Below are positions 36,796-49,600 of a DNA stretch of 64,000 bases, piece after piece (the first letter of the stretch is position 1; every line of letters begins with the position of its first letter). Source of the DNA: Mobula birostris (taxonomy: Eukaryota). Below the pieces are notes generated by a model. It did no database searches. It had not been told where the DNA came from and saw only the letters and a program-made list of their open reading frames with translations. The DNA is taken from positions 102,021,300 through 102,085,299 of the forward strand of contig NC_092382.1 of the NCBI RefSeq assembly GCF_030028105.1, written 5' to 3'. A program made the position numbers and the translations under genes.

Positions 36796-37366
36796 AAATT
36801 TGTAATTTACATTAATTGTGCATCATTGTGGGATAGAGATGCTGCCAAAGAACATAATCCAGTCTGCAATTTTTTTTCAGATAATAAATCAAATTGCGAT
36901 TCCGGTGGAAAACATCCGATACTGGTGGACAGGACACCTGTCACGCTGGTCTTTACCAGGTAGGGCACTGAGGGAGACGGAGGGTTTTGAGAGGACGGGG
37001 ACGGAAGGGAGAGAGAGCTGTAGGGGTGGGGAGAAAGTGAGAGAGAGTTGGCAGAGGAAGAGCAGAAAGAGCGAGCGGAGAAAGGGCGAGGCAAAAGAGG
37101 GTGCACGGAAAGGTAGAGGGAGTGGAGAAGTGTGGGACGGGGTTGGAATGGCGAGAACGCAGGGGATCGAAGGGGACTGACATCTGTTGGTGTGTGGTGG
37201 GGAGAATCTAGTAGGACGAAGAGGTAGAGAGCGTGAGCAGGGAGTTTGAGAGGATGGAGGCGTGATAGTTGACGAAGAGAGAATTGGGAAGTAGAGGGGT
37301 AGATACTTGATTCAAATCGACCCCACTGGCACAGACGGCACACGATTAAGTTGATAGTGGGTGAAA

Positions 37367-37374
<8 letters not shown>

Positions 37375-37413
<39 letters not shown>
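37375..37413. repeat. (GA)n microsatellite in gene B 3' UTR
   Basis: About 19 GA units. Confidence 0.95.
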
Positions 37414-37418
<5 letters not shown>

Positions 37419-37479
37419 GAGAGAGATCAGGGAGACGGAGGGTTCAGATAGAACGGGAAGAGGGGAGTTGGTCAGTTGG

Positions 37480-37678
37480 TCACTTGATTTCTGTCGCCTC
37501 CACTGCATGTTGACAGAGATCCTGAGTATGTTCAGGAATATGCGGGAACAAAACTGCCGACTTCTCGCAGATGAAACGCCGAGCATGATTGCAAGAACCC
37601 TTCGCTGGGTACGAGTGGCAGTCTCTGCAGTCTGACGTCCCCGAGGACACCTTGTACAGAAGATCCCAGTCTACATTC
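37480..37678 (-). CDS. Gene B last exon (CTLD C-terminal half)
   Basis: [65 protein letters not shown]. Confidence 0.92.
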
Positions 37679-40600
37679 CTGTCCAAGACGGTTAACAATT
37701 TTAACAGAGACAAAGCAGCTCCAGCAGAGAACCCGAGGCGAGACAGTCTACAAGCTAAGCCCATGAAATCAATCTCTCCTAACAGCCTGTGCCAGTCCCC
37801 AAGCTGATCCCACTCATCCACTCTCTCCCCACAGCTCCGTGCCAGTACCCAGACAAATACAATGGTCCAAATGTCTCCCCACAATCCTGTGTCAGTTCCC
37901 AAACTAATCGTGCAGACCGAATGTCACCCCACAGACCCATGTCTCCCCAAACTAATCGCACCGTACCGCTTTCTCGCCACAGTCTTCTGCCAGTCCCCAT
38001 ACAAATCGAACAGGACCACGCTCTCCCTTCAGATCTCTTTCATTCCCCGTACAAACCCCACTGTCCCACCGTCTCCCCACAGACTTATGGCTGTCCCGAG
38101 ATGAATCCCTCTCGTCCACACTCTTGCATCATCCCTGTGTCGGTCCCAGAATAATCCTGTTTCCCCTCACTATACCCAGAGCATCGTGTCAGTCTCCGAA
38201 CATATCGCAGTACACGGCGCACTCACCATAAACTCTGGTCCGCTCCCAGACTTGTACAACTGGCACCCTCTCTCCCACATCCGTACGTGAGTTTGCAAAC
38301 CAGTCCCATTAGCGCCCTGTATCGGCCTCCAAACTAATCCAGTTGTCCTACTCTCGCCCCTCAGATCTATGTCATTCACCAAACAAATGCCGCTGTTAAT
38401 CCCTCTCCTCACAGCCCGGCGACTATCTCCAAAATAATCCCACTCCACTGCGCTTTCCTCACCGATATGCGTCAGTACAAAAAATGAGATAATTCCTGTG
38501 TCCTGAGCTCTCCACACTGCCCCCAGGCAGTTTCCGAATTATCCCCACTGCCCGGACATTCCCCGACAGACACGTGTCGGACTTAAAATGTCCTCATTGT
38601 ACCACACTCTCCTGAGAACCATGTATAGTTTCAGCGTAAACTAATCCCACTTTCTCCCGTCAGGGTTATGTCAATACCCAACTCTCACACCACAGAGTAA
38701 TCCAAATCTCACCCGTCTTCGCATTTTCCAATCCAGTATGCACTGTTTCGGTACACAAGTTTGTCGGATACAAAGCTCTGTGAAATTAAATTTATTTGAT
38801 TAATGCCAAGAATCGAAAAGTATGTACGGAGTTTCTCTCAGTTGATTACAACATGAACCTGTGATTGGACGGTGTGGAGGGAGCTTCACTGTTTGCCATA
38901 TCCTGTGAATGTATCATGGGGCGGTGTGTAGGAAGATTCACTCTGTGTCTGACCCCGAGCAAGTGTGCTAGGAGTGTACTGTGGGAGTAACTCCGTGGCT
39001 GAACCCGGGGGAGTGTTGGGACGGTGTGGAGGGAGATTCACTCTGTGTCTGACCCCGGGAGTGTGTGATGGGACGGTGTGGAGGGAGATTCACTATGTGC
39101 CATATCCATGAATGTGTCATGGGGCGCTGTGTAGGAACATTCACTCTGTGTTCGAATCCGGGAGTGTGTGATGGGACAGTGTGGAGGGAGCTTAACTCTG
39201 TGTCTGACCCCGAGAATGTGTACTAAGAGTGTATTCTGGGAGTAACTCTGTGGTTGAACCCGGGGGTGTGATGGGGCGGTGTGGAGGGAGATAACTCTAT
39301 GTCTGAACCCGAGAATGTGTCCTGGGAGTGTAGTATGGGTGTCACTCTGTGTGTCACCCCGGAAGTGTCTGATGATTCTTGTGAGATCTTCTTGTGATGT
39401 GACACATACCGCTTCATCTCTTGAATTGATTTCAAGCAGCCTTGCATCACGGTTTGAACATTCTTGCATCGCTGTTGGGAAAAATGTTTCAGACGTGGAT
39501 ACGAAATAACACCGGTCTTTATTTGTGATCCAGTCCTTGGAACACGTATGCTCTGGAAATAGGAATAAGGAGTAGTGAATATCACTGCACACCGTCCAAT
39601 CACGCACATCGGGGTGAGAGATAGAGTGAATCTCCCTCCATTCCGTCCCATCTAACACCACACGGGATCAGACCCTTCGACCGTCATCAATGATGCCCTC
39701 ACCCGCAGCTCCTGCATTCCCGGACTTCAGCCCTCACCCCATCCTCCCGTCACCACAACAGGGACAGAGAACCCCTTGTCTTCACCGTCCACCCCACCAG
39801 ACTCCGGATCCAGCACCTTATCCTCCGCAACTTCAGCCAAATTCAACAGGACCCACCAGGAAACACATCTTTCACTCTCTACTCCTCTCCGCTTTCCGAA
39901 GGGATCGTTCCTTCGGCGACTCCCTAGTCTACACGTCCCTCCCAACGGAGCAGGTCCTGAAGAGTGAGTATAGAGACCTTGGTCGGAAGTTAAAAAGCAG
40001 GACCTCCAGGGTGGGTGGTAATCTCAGGATTGCCACCTGTGCCACGTGCCAGTGACGGTAAGAATAGGATGCTCTGGCGGATGGACACGTGGCTGAGAAC
40101 TGGTGTAGGGGGCAGAGTTTCAGATTTCAGGATCTTTGGCACCTTTTCTGCGGCAGCTGTGACCTGTACAAGAGAGACGGGTTACACCCGAACTACAGGG
40201 GAGCCAATATTCTTGCTGGGAAATTTGTCTGTACTATTGTGGAGGGTTTAAACTAAATCTGCAGGGGGATGGGGATGGTAACCAGAGTGCCAGAGCAGAT
40301 AGCGGAGCGGGGGTGAAAATAATTGGTGTTAAAAGTTCATGGAAAGTCACAAACAGAAGGGTTATGTGTGGTTGTAATAATCATCTGATGTGTTCTCTAT
40401 TTCAAAGCGAGAAGTATCCTGGGGAAGGCTGACGAGCTGAGGGCGTGGATTGACACATGAAATTACGACATAATATCAATTAGTGAAACTTGGCTACAGC
40501 ACGGGCAGGACTGGCAGCTTAATGTTCCAGCGTTCCGATGTTTCAGACGTGATAGAGGCAGAGGAATGAAGGGAAGCGGGTGTGGCATTGCTGGTCAGGG

Positions 40601-43600
40601 AAAATCTCACAGCAGTGCTCAGTCAGGACAGATCAGAGGGCTTGTCTTCCGAGGCCTTATGGGTGGAGCTGAAAGACAGGAAAAGTATGACCATATTAAT
40701 GGGGTTGTATTACAAACCACCCAATAGTCAGCGAGAATGGGAGGAGCAAATCTCCAAAGAGATAGCAGACAACTGCAATAAACATGAAGTTGTGATAGTA
40801 GGGGATTTTAGTTTTCCACATACTGATTGTGAGTACCATACTATTAAAGGTCTAGACGGGTTAGAGCTTGTAAAATGCGTTCAGAAAGGTTTTCTAAATC
40901 AATATTTAGAGCTACCAACCAGAGACGATATAATATTAGATCTCCTATTTGGAAACGAGTTAGTACAGGTGACGGAAGTGTGTGTAGGGGAACACTTTGA
41001 TTCCACTGTTCATAACACTATTAGTTTCAATTTGACCAAGGATAAAGATACCTCTGGTCCTCGGGTTAGGGTTCTAAACTGGAAAAAGGCCAAATTTGAA
41101 GAAATGAGAAAGGATCTAAAAAGCGTGGATGGGACAGGTTGTTCGCTGGCAAGGATATGATTGATACGTGAGAGGCCTTCAAAGGTGACATTTTGAGAGT
41201 GCAGAGTTGAATTTCCCTGTAAGGATTAAAGGAAAAGTGAGTAAGAGTAAGGAAGCTAGGTTCTCGAGGAATATTGGAACACTGATAAAGAAGGAGAGAA
41301 GATGTTTTACATGTATAGGAAACAGGGAGTAAATAAGGTGCTTGAGTAATATAAACAAGTGAAAAAGTACTTAACAAAGAAATCGGGAGGGCTAGAGGAA
41401 GGCGGGGTTGCTTTGACAGTCAAGGTGAAGGATAATCCGAAGAATTTCCGCAGGTTTATTAAGAGCAAGAGGATAGTAAGGGATAAAATTGGTCCTAATG
41501 AAGATCAGAGTGGTCGGCTATGTATGACACCAGACGAAATAGGGGAGATTTTATTTTATTTTATTTTATTCTTTTTGTGTGTCGTTATGTACTAAGGAAA
41601 CTGGCATGGAGTCAATAGAAATCGGGCAAACAACAAATGAGGCCACGGAACCGATACAAATTCAAGAGGAAGAGGTGCTTGCAATCTTGAGGTATATATC
41701 CCCAGAGCCTGACAGGGTATTCCCTCGGACCTTAAATGAGAGTAGTGTTGTAATTGCAGGGGCCCTGTCGGATATATTTAAAATGTCGTTATCCACAGGT
41801 GAAGTGCCGGAGGATTGGAGGATAGCTCATGCTGTTCCCTAGTTTAATCGAGGCTCAGAAAGTAATCCCGGAAATTATAGGCTGTTAGTTTTGACATCAT
41901 TAGGAGATAAATTATTGGAAAGAGGTCTAAGAGACAGGATCTACAAGTATTTGGATAGACAGGGACTTATTAGGGAGAGTCAACATGGGTTTGTGCGTGG
42001 AACGTCATGTTTAACAAATCTATTAGAGTTTTTCGAGGAGGTTACCAGGAGGGTGGATGTAGGAAACGCAGTGGATGTTGTCTATATGGATTTCAGTAAG
42101 GCCTTTGACAAGGTCCCGCATGGGACGTTAGTCAGGAAGAGTCAGTCGCTAGCTATACATGCAGAGGCAGTAAAATGGATTAGACGTTGCTTCAATGAGA
42201 GAAACCAGAGGGTGGTAGTGGAGGATTGCTTCTCTGAGTGGAGGCCTGTGACTGGTGGTGTGCCACAGGGATCAGTGCTGGGTCCATTTTTATTTGTCAT
42301 CTGTATCAATGGCTGGATGATAATGTGATATGTTGGATCAGCAAATTTGCTGATCATACCAAGGATGGAGGAGTAGTGGACAGTGACGAAGCTTTTCCAA
42401 GCTTGCAGAGGGATTTTGACCAGCTGGAAAATGGGCTGAAAAATGGCAAATGGAGGTTAATACAGATAAGTGTGAGGTATTACACTTTGGAAGGACACAC
42501 CAAGGTAGAAGATAGAAGGTAAATGGTTGGGCACTGAGGAGTGCGGTAGAACAGAAGGGGTCTGAGAACACAGATGCAAAATTCTCTAAAAGGGCGTCAC
42601 AGGCAGATCGTGTCGTAAAGACAGCTTCTGGAACATCGTGTTATAAATCAAAGTATTGACAGAGGATTGGAATGCTATGGAGCGGTTGTACAAGACATTG
42701 GTGAGGCCGAATTTGGAGTATTGTTTGCTGTTTTGCTCACCTAATTACAGAAAGGATATTAACATGGTTCCAATATGCAGAGAAGGTTTACAAGGATGTT
42801 GCGGGGACTTGAGAAACTCAGTCACAGAGAGAGGTTGTAAAGGGCAGAACTTGATTTCCTGGAGCGTAGAAGAATGAGGGGGGATTTGATAGAGGTGCAT
42901 ACAATTGGGGTGTATATATATCCATGTATCTTAATTATGACGGGTTATGATGGGTATAGGTTGGGTGAATGCAAACATGCTCTTTTTTTCTACAGAGGCA
43001 AGGGGAGATAAAAAAAAATAAAATAGAGAAGACATGAGTTAAGGGTGAAGGGGGGAAATTTCAAAGAGAATATTAGGGGTCGGTGGCTTCTTCACTCATA
43101 GAGAGGTAGGAGTGCGGAATGAGCAGCCAGATAAAGTGGTAAATGCGGGCTCATATTTAACATTGAAGCAAATCTTGCACAGGTACAATGATGAGAGGTG
43201 AGGTGTATTGAGGGATATGGTCCAGGCGCAGGTTAGTGGGACCACACCAAAAATGATTTGGCACAGCCAAGAATAGCCAGAAGGCCTGTTTCTGTGCTGT
43301 AATGTTTTTATGGTTTCTACAAGCTGTGATTCTTCCCAAAGGTTGTGTTACTAAGTACTGACATGCAGGGTGTCCATATTTTTTCTTCATGCCTTTTCAT
43401 TGTTTGCTATTTTGGAACGTAAAAGATGGAAATAAAAAAGTTCTCTTGCCTAAAATATTAAAGAAAACTGTCATCTTTAACTTTATGTTTTTTGGAAATC
43501 AGTTCATCTTTTACTCGTTTAGCTATTCACAGTAAAAGAAATTTTGATCAGGGAATCCCAAATGGTTGCATGCCACTGCAGTGTGAAACTCCCTCCGCAC

Positions 43601-46600
43601 CATGCCGTCACACGCTCCCGGGGTCAGACACTGTATGAAGCTCCCTCCACACGTCCCATCCCACACTCCCGGGGTCGGGCACAGAGTGAAATTCCCTCCA
43701 CACCATTCCATCAAACCCTCCCGTGGTCAGCCAGAAAATGAAGCTTCCTCTGAATAGTCCACTGTCGCATCACACGCTCTTGCGGACAAACACAGAGTGA
43801 AGCTCCATCAGCACCGTCCCATCACACACCCGGGAACAGACACAGAATGAAAATACCTCAGCAAAGCTCATCACACACACGGGAACAGACAGGGAATGAA
43901 ACTCCCCTCAGCACCGTTCCATCACGGTCTCACAGAGTCAGGCATCGCGTGATGCTTCTTTCACACCGTCCCGTCACCGAATACAGATTTCAAAAACCCA
44001 GCAAAGATCCCTGTACAAAATCCTGGGGTCAGACATAGAATGAAGCTCCCTCCACGCCGTCCCATCACACATTCCCGGGGTCAAACACAGAGTGACGTTT
44101 TCTCCACACCCTTCTACCATAAAACAGAAGGATGAGGCACAGAGTTAAGCTAGCCTCACAGTTTCCATTCGCACACCGCAGGGAAGTGGTACGGTGTAGC
44201 TCCTTCAGCACCATCCGACTACCGACAGCCGAAGAAAGACATGAAGAAAGCTCTTGCCCACTCTCTTGCCCAGAAATGGTGTAAGGCTCCTTCACCATCG
44301 TCTCATCACACTTTCCCCGAATCAGACACAGAGTGAAGCTCCCTCGACACCGTGCTGAAGGCGAGCTACACTCCAAGTGAGGTAAGGCAGGGTAAGTTCC
44401 TTTAAAAGTAGAACGGTATGCAGCGGTATTTTATTTGGAGCAAGGAAGGCGGCGAGGCTGTAGCGTATTGGGTAGGTCATGACAGCTCAGATCGGCCCCA
44501 TGGTTTGTTCACCTGCATGTGCGAAATCAGGCACTTCCAGTGTCCCTGACGACTATGTGTGCAGGAAATGTGTCCAGCTGCGGATTCTGGCAGACCGCAT
44601 TGAACGGCTGGAGCTGCGATTAGATTTATACTGGAGCATCCGCGTTGCTGAGGAAGTCGTGAATAGCACGTTCAGTGAGTTGGTCACACCGCAAGTAAAG
44701 GCTACACAGACAGAAAGGGAATGGGTGGCCGCTAGACAGCGTAGCAGTAGGCAGGTAGTGCAGGAGTTCCCTGAGGTCATCTCCCTCCTAAACAAATATA
44801 CTGTTTTGGATACTGTTGGGAGAGATGTCTCATCAGGGGGAGTTAGCAGCAGCCGAGTTCATGGCACCATGGGTGGCTCTGCTGCACAGGAGGTGAAGGA
44901 AAATGAGTGGGAGAGCTATAGTTATAGGGGACTCGATTGTAAGGGGAATAGATAGGCGTTTCTGCGGGAGCAAACGAGACTCCAGGAGGGTATGTTGCCT
45001 CCCTGGTGCAGGGGTCAAGGATGTCTCTCAGTGGCTGCAGGACATTTTGGAGTGGGAGGGTGAACAGCCAGTGGTGGTGGTGCACATGAGTACCAAGGAA
45101 AGAGGTAAAATAACGGGATGAAGTCCTAGAAGGTGAATTTAGGGAGTTAGGAGATAAACTAAAAAGCAGGACCACGAGGGTAATAATCTCTGGATTAGGA
45201 GCAGTGCCACGTGACACTCAGAGTAGAAATAGCAGGATATATCAGATAAATACGTGGGTTGAAAATCGTGCAACGGGGAGGGATTCAATTTTCTGGGGCA
45301 TTTGAACCTGTTCTAGAGGAGTTGACACGGGTACAAACAGGACGGTCTGCACCTGGGCTAGACTGGAACCAATGTCCTAAGGAGAGCGTTCGCTACTATT
45401 GTTAAGAAGGATTTAAACTAATGTGGCAGGGGAATGGGAACAAGTGCAGAGAGACAGAGGGGTGTAAAATGAGGGTAGAGCAACAAGTAGTGAGGTGAAA
45501 CGCAAAAGCGGCAGGCCGGCAAATTCAGGGTAAAAATCAAAAAGGACCACTTTTCAACATAATTGTATCGGGGCTAAGAGTGTTGTAAAAGCAAGCCTGA
45601 AGGCTTTGTGTGTCAATGCAAGGAACATTCGTAACAAGGTGGCTGAATTGAATGTGCACATAGTTATTAATGAATATGCTGTAGTTGGGATCACAGAGAC
45701 ATGGCTCCTGTGTGACCAAGGATGGGAGCTCAACATTCAGGGATATTCAATATTCAAGAGGGATAGACATGACAATTAATGAGGTCGGGTAGCATTGCTG
45801 GTTAGAGAGGAGATTAACGCATTAGAAAGGAAGGACATAAGCCGGGAGGATGTGGAATCGATACGGGTAAAGCTGCATAACACTAAGGGACAGAGAACGC
45901 TGGTGGGAGTTGTGTACAGGCCACCTAACTGTAGTAATGAGGTTAGAGATGGCATTAAACAGAAAATTAGAAATGCGTGCAATAAAGGAACAGCAGTTAT
46001 AATGGGTGACTTGAATCTACATATAGATTGGGTGAACCAAATTGGTTAGTGTGCTGACGAAGAGGATTTCTTGGAATGTATGCCCGATGGTTTTCTGAAT
46101 CAACATGTCCAGGAACCAACTAGAGAGCAGATCATTCTAGACCGGGCACTGAGTAATGAGGAAGGGTTAGGTAGCAATCTTGTTCTGCTGGGCCCATGCG
46201 TAAGGGTGATCATAATATAGTGGATTTCTTCATGAAGATGGAGAGTGACATATTTAATTCAGAAACAAAGGTTCTGAAATTAAGGGTAACTTTGAAGGTA
46301 TGAAACGTGAATTAGCGAAGATAGACTGGCAAATGATAATTAAAGGGTTGACGGAGGATATCCAACGGCAAGCATTCAAAGATCGCATGGATGAACTACA
46401 ACATTTGTTCATCCCAGTTTGGCACAAGAATAGACCAGGGAAGGTAGTGCACCTCTGGCTGACAGGGAAAATTAGGGATGGTATCAATTCCAAAGAAGAA
46501 ATATACAAATTAGCCAGAAAAAAGCGGCACACCTGAGGACTGGGAGAAATTCAGAGTCCGGCAGAGGTGGACAAATGACTTAATTAGGAAAGGCAAAAAA

Positions 46601-49600
46601 AGCTGATGAGAGAAAGATTGCAGAGAACATAATAACTGACCTCAAAAGCTTTTATAGATATGTAAAAAGAAAAAAAAAATAATTGGATAAGACAAATGCA
46701 GTTCTTAGAGTCAGAAACTGGTGAATTGTTCATGCGGAACCAGGACACGGCAGACCAATTGAATAACTACCTTGGTTCTGTCTTCACTAAGGAGGACATA
46801 AATAATCTTCCGGAAATATTAGTGGACCGAGGGTTCAGTGAGATGGAGGAACTGAGGGAAAATAGATGTTAGTAGGGAAGTGGTGTTGGATAAATTGAAG
46901 GGATTATAGGCAGATAAATCCCCAGGGCGAGATGGTCTGCATTCCAGAGTGCACCAAGAAGTAGCCCAAGAAATAGTGGATGCATTCGTGATAATTCTTC
47001 AAAACTCTTTAGATTCTGGATCAGTTCCTGAGGATTGGAGGGTGGCTAACTTAACCCCGCTTAAAAAAAAAAAAAGTGAGAGAGAAACCGGGGTATAATA
47101 GACCGGTTAGCCTGACATCGGTGGTGGGGAAAATGCTAGAGTCAGTTATCAAAGATGTGATAACAGCAGATTTGGAAAGCGGTGAAATCATCGGAAAAAG
47201 TCAGCATGGATTTGTGAAAGGAAAATCATGTCTGACGAATCGCATAGAATTTTTTGAGGATATAACTAGTAGAGTGGATAGGGGAGAAACAGTGGATGTG
47301 GTATATTTGGATTTTCAAAAGGCTTTTGACAAGGTCCCACACAGGAGATTAGTGTGCAAACTTAAAGAACACGGTATTGGGGGTATGGTATTGATGTGGA
47401 TAGAGAATTGGTTGGCAGACAGGAAGCAAAGAGTGGGAATAAACGAGACGTTTTTCAGAATGGCAGGCAGTGACTAATGGGGTACCGCAAGGCTCAGTGC
47501 TGGGACCCCAGTTGTTTACAATATATATTAATGACTTAGTCGAGGGAATTAAATGCAACATCTCCAAGTTTGCGGATGACACGAAGCTGGGTGGCAGTGT
47601 TAGCTGTGAGGAGGATGCTAAGAGGATGCACGGTGACTTGGATTGTTTGGGTGAGTGGGCAAATTCATGGCAGATGCAATTTGATGTGGATAAATGTGAG
47701 TTTATCCAGTTTGGTGGCAAGAACAGGAAAACCAATTATTTTCTGAATGGTGGCAGATTAGGATAACGGGAGGTGCAACGAGACCCCAGTGTTATTGTGC
47801 ACCAGTCATTGAAAGTGGGCATGCAGGTACAGCAGGCAGTGAAAAGGCAAACGATTTGCTGGTATTCACATCAAGAGGATTCGAGTACAGGAGCAGGGTG
47901 TTTCTACTGCAGTTGCATAATTCCTTGGTGAGACCACCCCTGGAGTATTGTGTGCAGTTTTGGTCTCCTAATCTGAGGAAACACATCCTTGCCATGGAGG
48001 GAGTACAAAGAAGGTTCACCAGATTGATTCGTGGGATGGCAGGACTTTCATATGATGAAAGACTGGATCGACTAGGCTTATAGTGGCTGGAATTTGGAAG
48101 ATTGAAGGGGTCCTTATTGAAACATGCAAAATTCAGAAGAGATTGGACAGGCTAGATGCAGGAAGATTGTTCCAGATGTCGGGGAAGTCCAAAATGAGGG
48201 GTCACAGTTTAAGGATAAAGGTGAAACCTTTTAGGACCGAGATCAGGAAAAACTTCTTCACACAGAGAGTGGTGAATCTGTGGAATTCTCTCTCACAGGA
48301 AACAGTTGAGGCCAGTTCATTGGCTATGTTTAAGAGGGAGTTAGATGTGGCCCTTGTGGCTAAGGGATTAGGGGGTATGGAGGGAAGGCTGCTACAGGGT
48401 TCTGAATTGGATGATCAGCCATGATCATACCGAATGGCGGTGCAGGCTCGAAGGGCCGAATGGCCTAATCCTGCACCTATTTTCTATGTTTCTATGTTTC
48501 TGTCTCCACGGACACATCACACACTCCAGGTGCCCGATGTGGAATGAAGCTCCCGTCCACACTGTCTCATGAGACACTCTTGGGGACAGACACATAGTGA
48601 CGCTCCCTCCATACCGCCCCTCACACACACACCTTAGTTCGGAGAACACAATTTATTTCCCTCCACAAAGTCCAGTCAGACACAGTGTGAATCTCTCTCT
48701 TCGTGGCACCGTCACACACTCTAGCGGTCAGACAGGGAAAGAAACTCCCTGAGCACACATAAAATTTCAGATTGAGAATGATTCTCCCCTCTACAGCTTC
48801 TCAACACACCACAGAGCAAAGTGTCAGACACAGAGTGAATCTCCCCCTTATACGGTCCCGTCACACACTCCCGGATTCAGACACAGAATGAAGCTCCCTC
48901 CACACCGTCCCATCACACACTCTCGGGGTCAGAGATAGAGTGACTCTCCCTCCATAGTGTTCCGTCACACACTCCCGGGAGTCAGACACAGAGTGAAGCT
49001 CCCTGCACATGGTCCCATCACAGACTCCTGTGGTCAGTCACAGAGTAAAGTTCCCTTCACACCGTCCCATTACACCGTCTCGGGGTCACAGACAGAATGA
49101 ATCTCCCACCACATGGTCCAATCCCACATCCCGAGTCTTACACAGTGTGACTCTCCCTCCTTACGTCGCATCACATACTCCCTGGCGAGTCACAGAACGA
49201 AGCTCTTCCTGAACTGACCCACCACACCCCACTGTGTTCACACAAAGCGACGTTCCACCCACACACTCCCATGGCACACTCACGGGGTCAGAATCTCTCC
49301 ACAGCATCCAATCACACAATCTGGTGTCACATATAATAAACGTCCATCTGCACTGTCCCATCAAACACTCCCGGAGTCAGACACAGACGCTCTTTCTCTA
49401 CGATCCCATTGAGACTGACACAGAGTGAAGCAACATCCGCTCCGTCCCAGCACACACTCCTGAATTCAGCACAGAGTGAAGCTTCCTCTGCACCGTCCCA
49501 TCACTCACTTCCGGAATCACGCACAGAGTGAAGCCCCCTCTGCAACGTCCCATCACGCTGTCCCGGATTCAGATGAATCTTTCTCCACGGTGCCATAACG

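Noticed and set aside
44353-48500. Active autonomous CR1
   Set aside because: Multiple stops and frameshifts in both ORFs.
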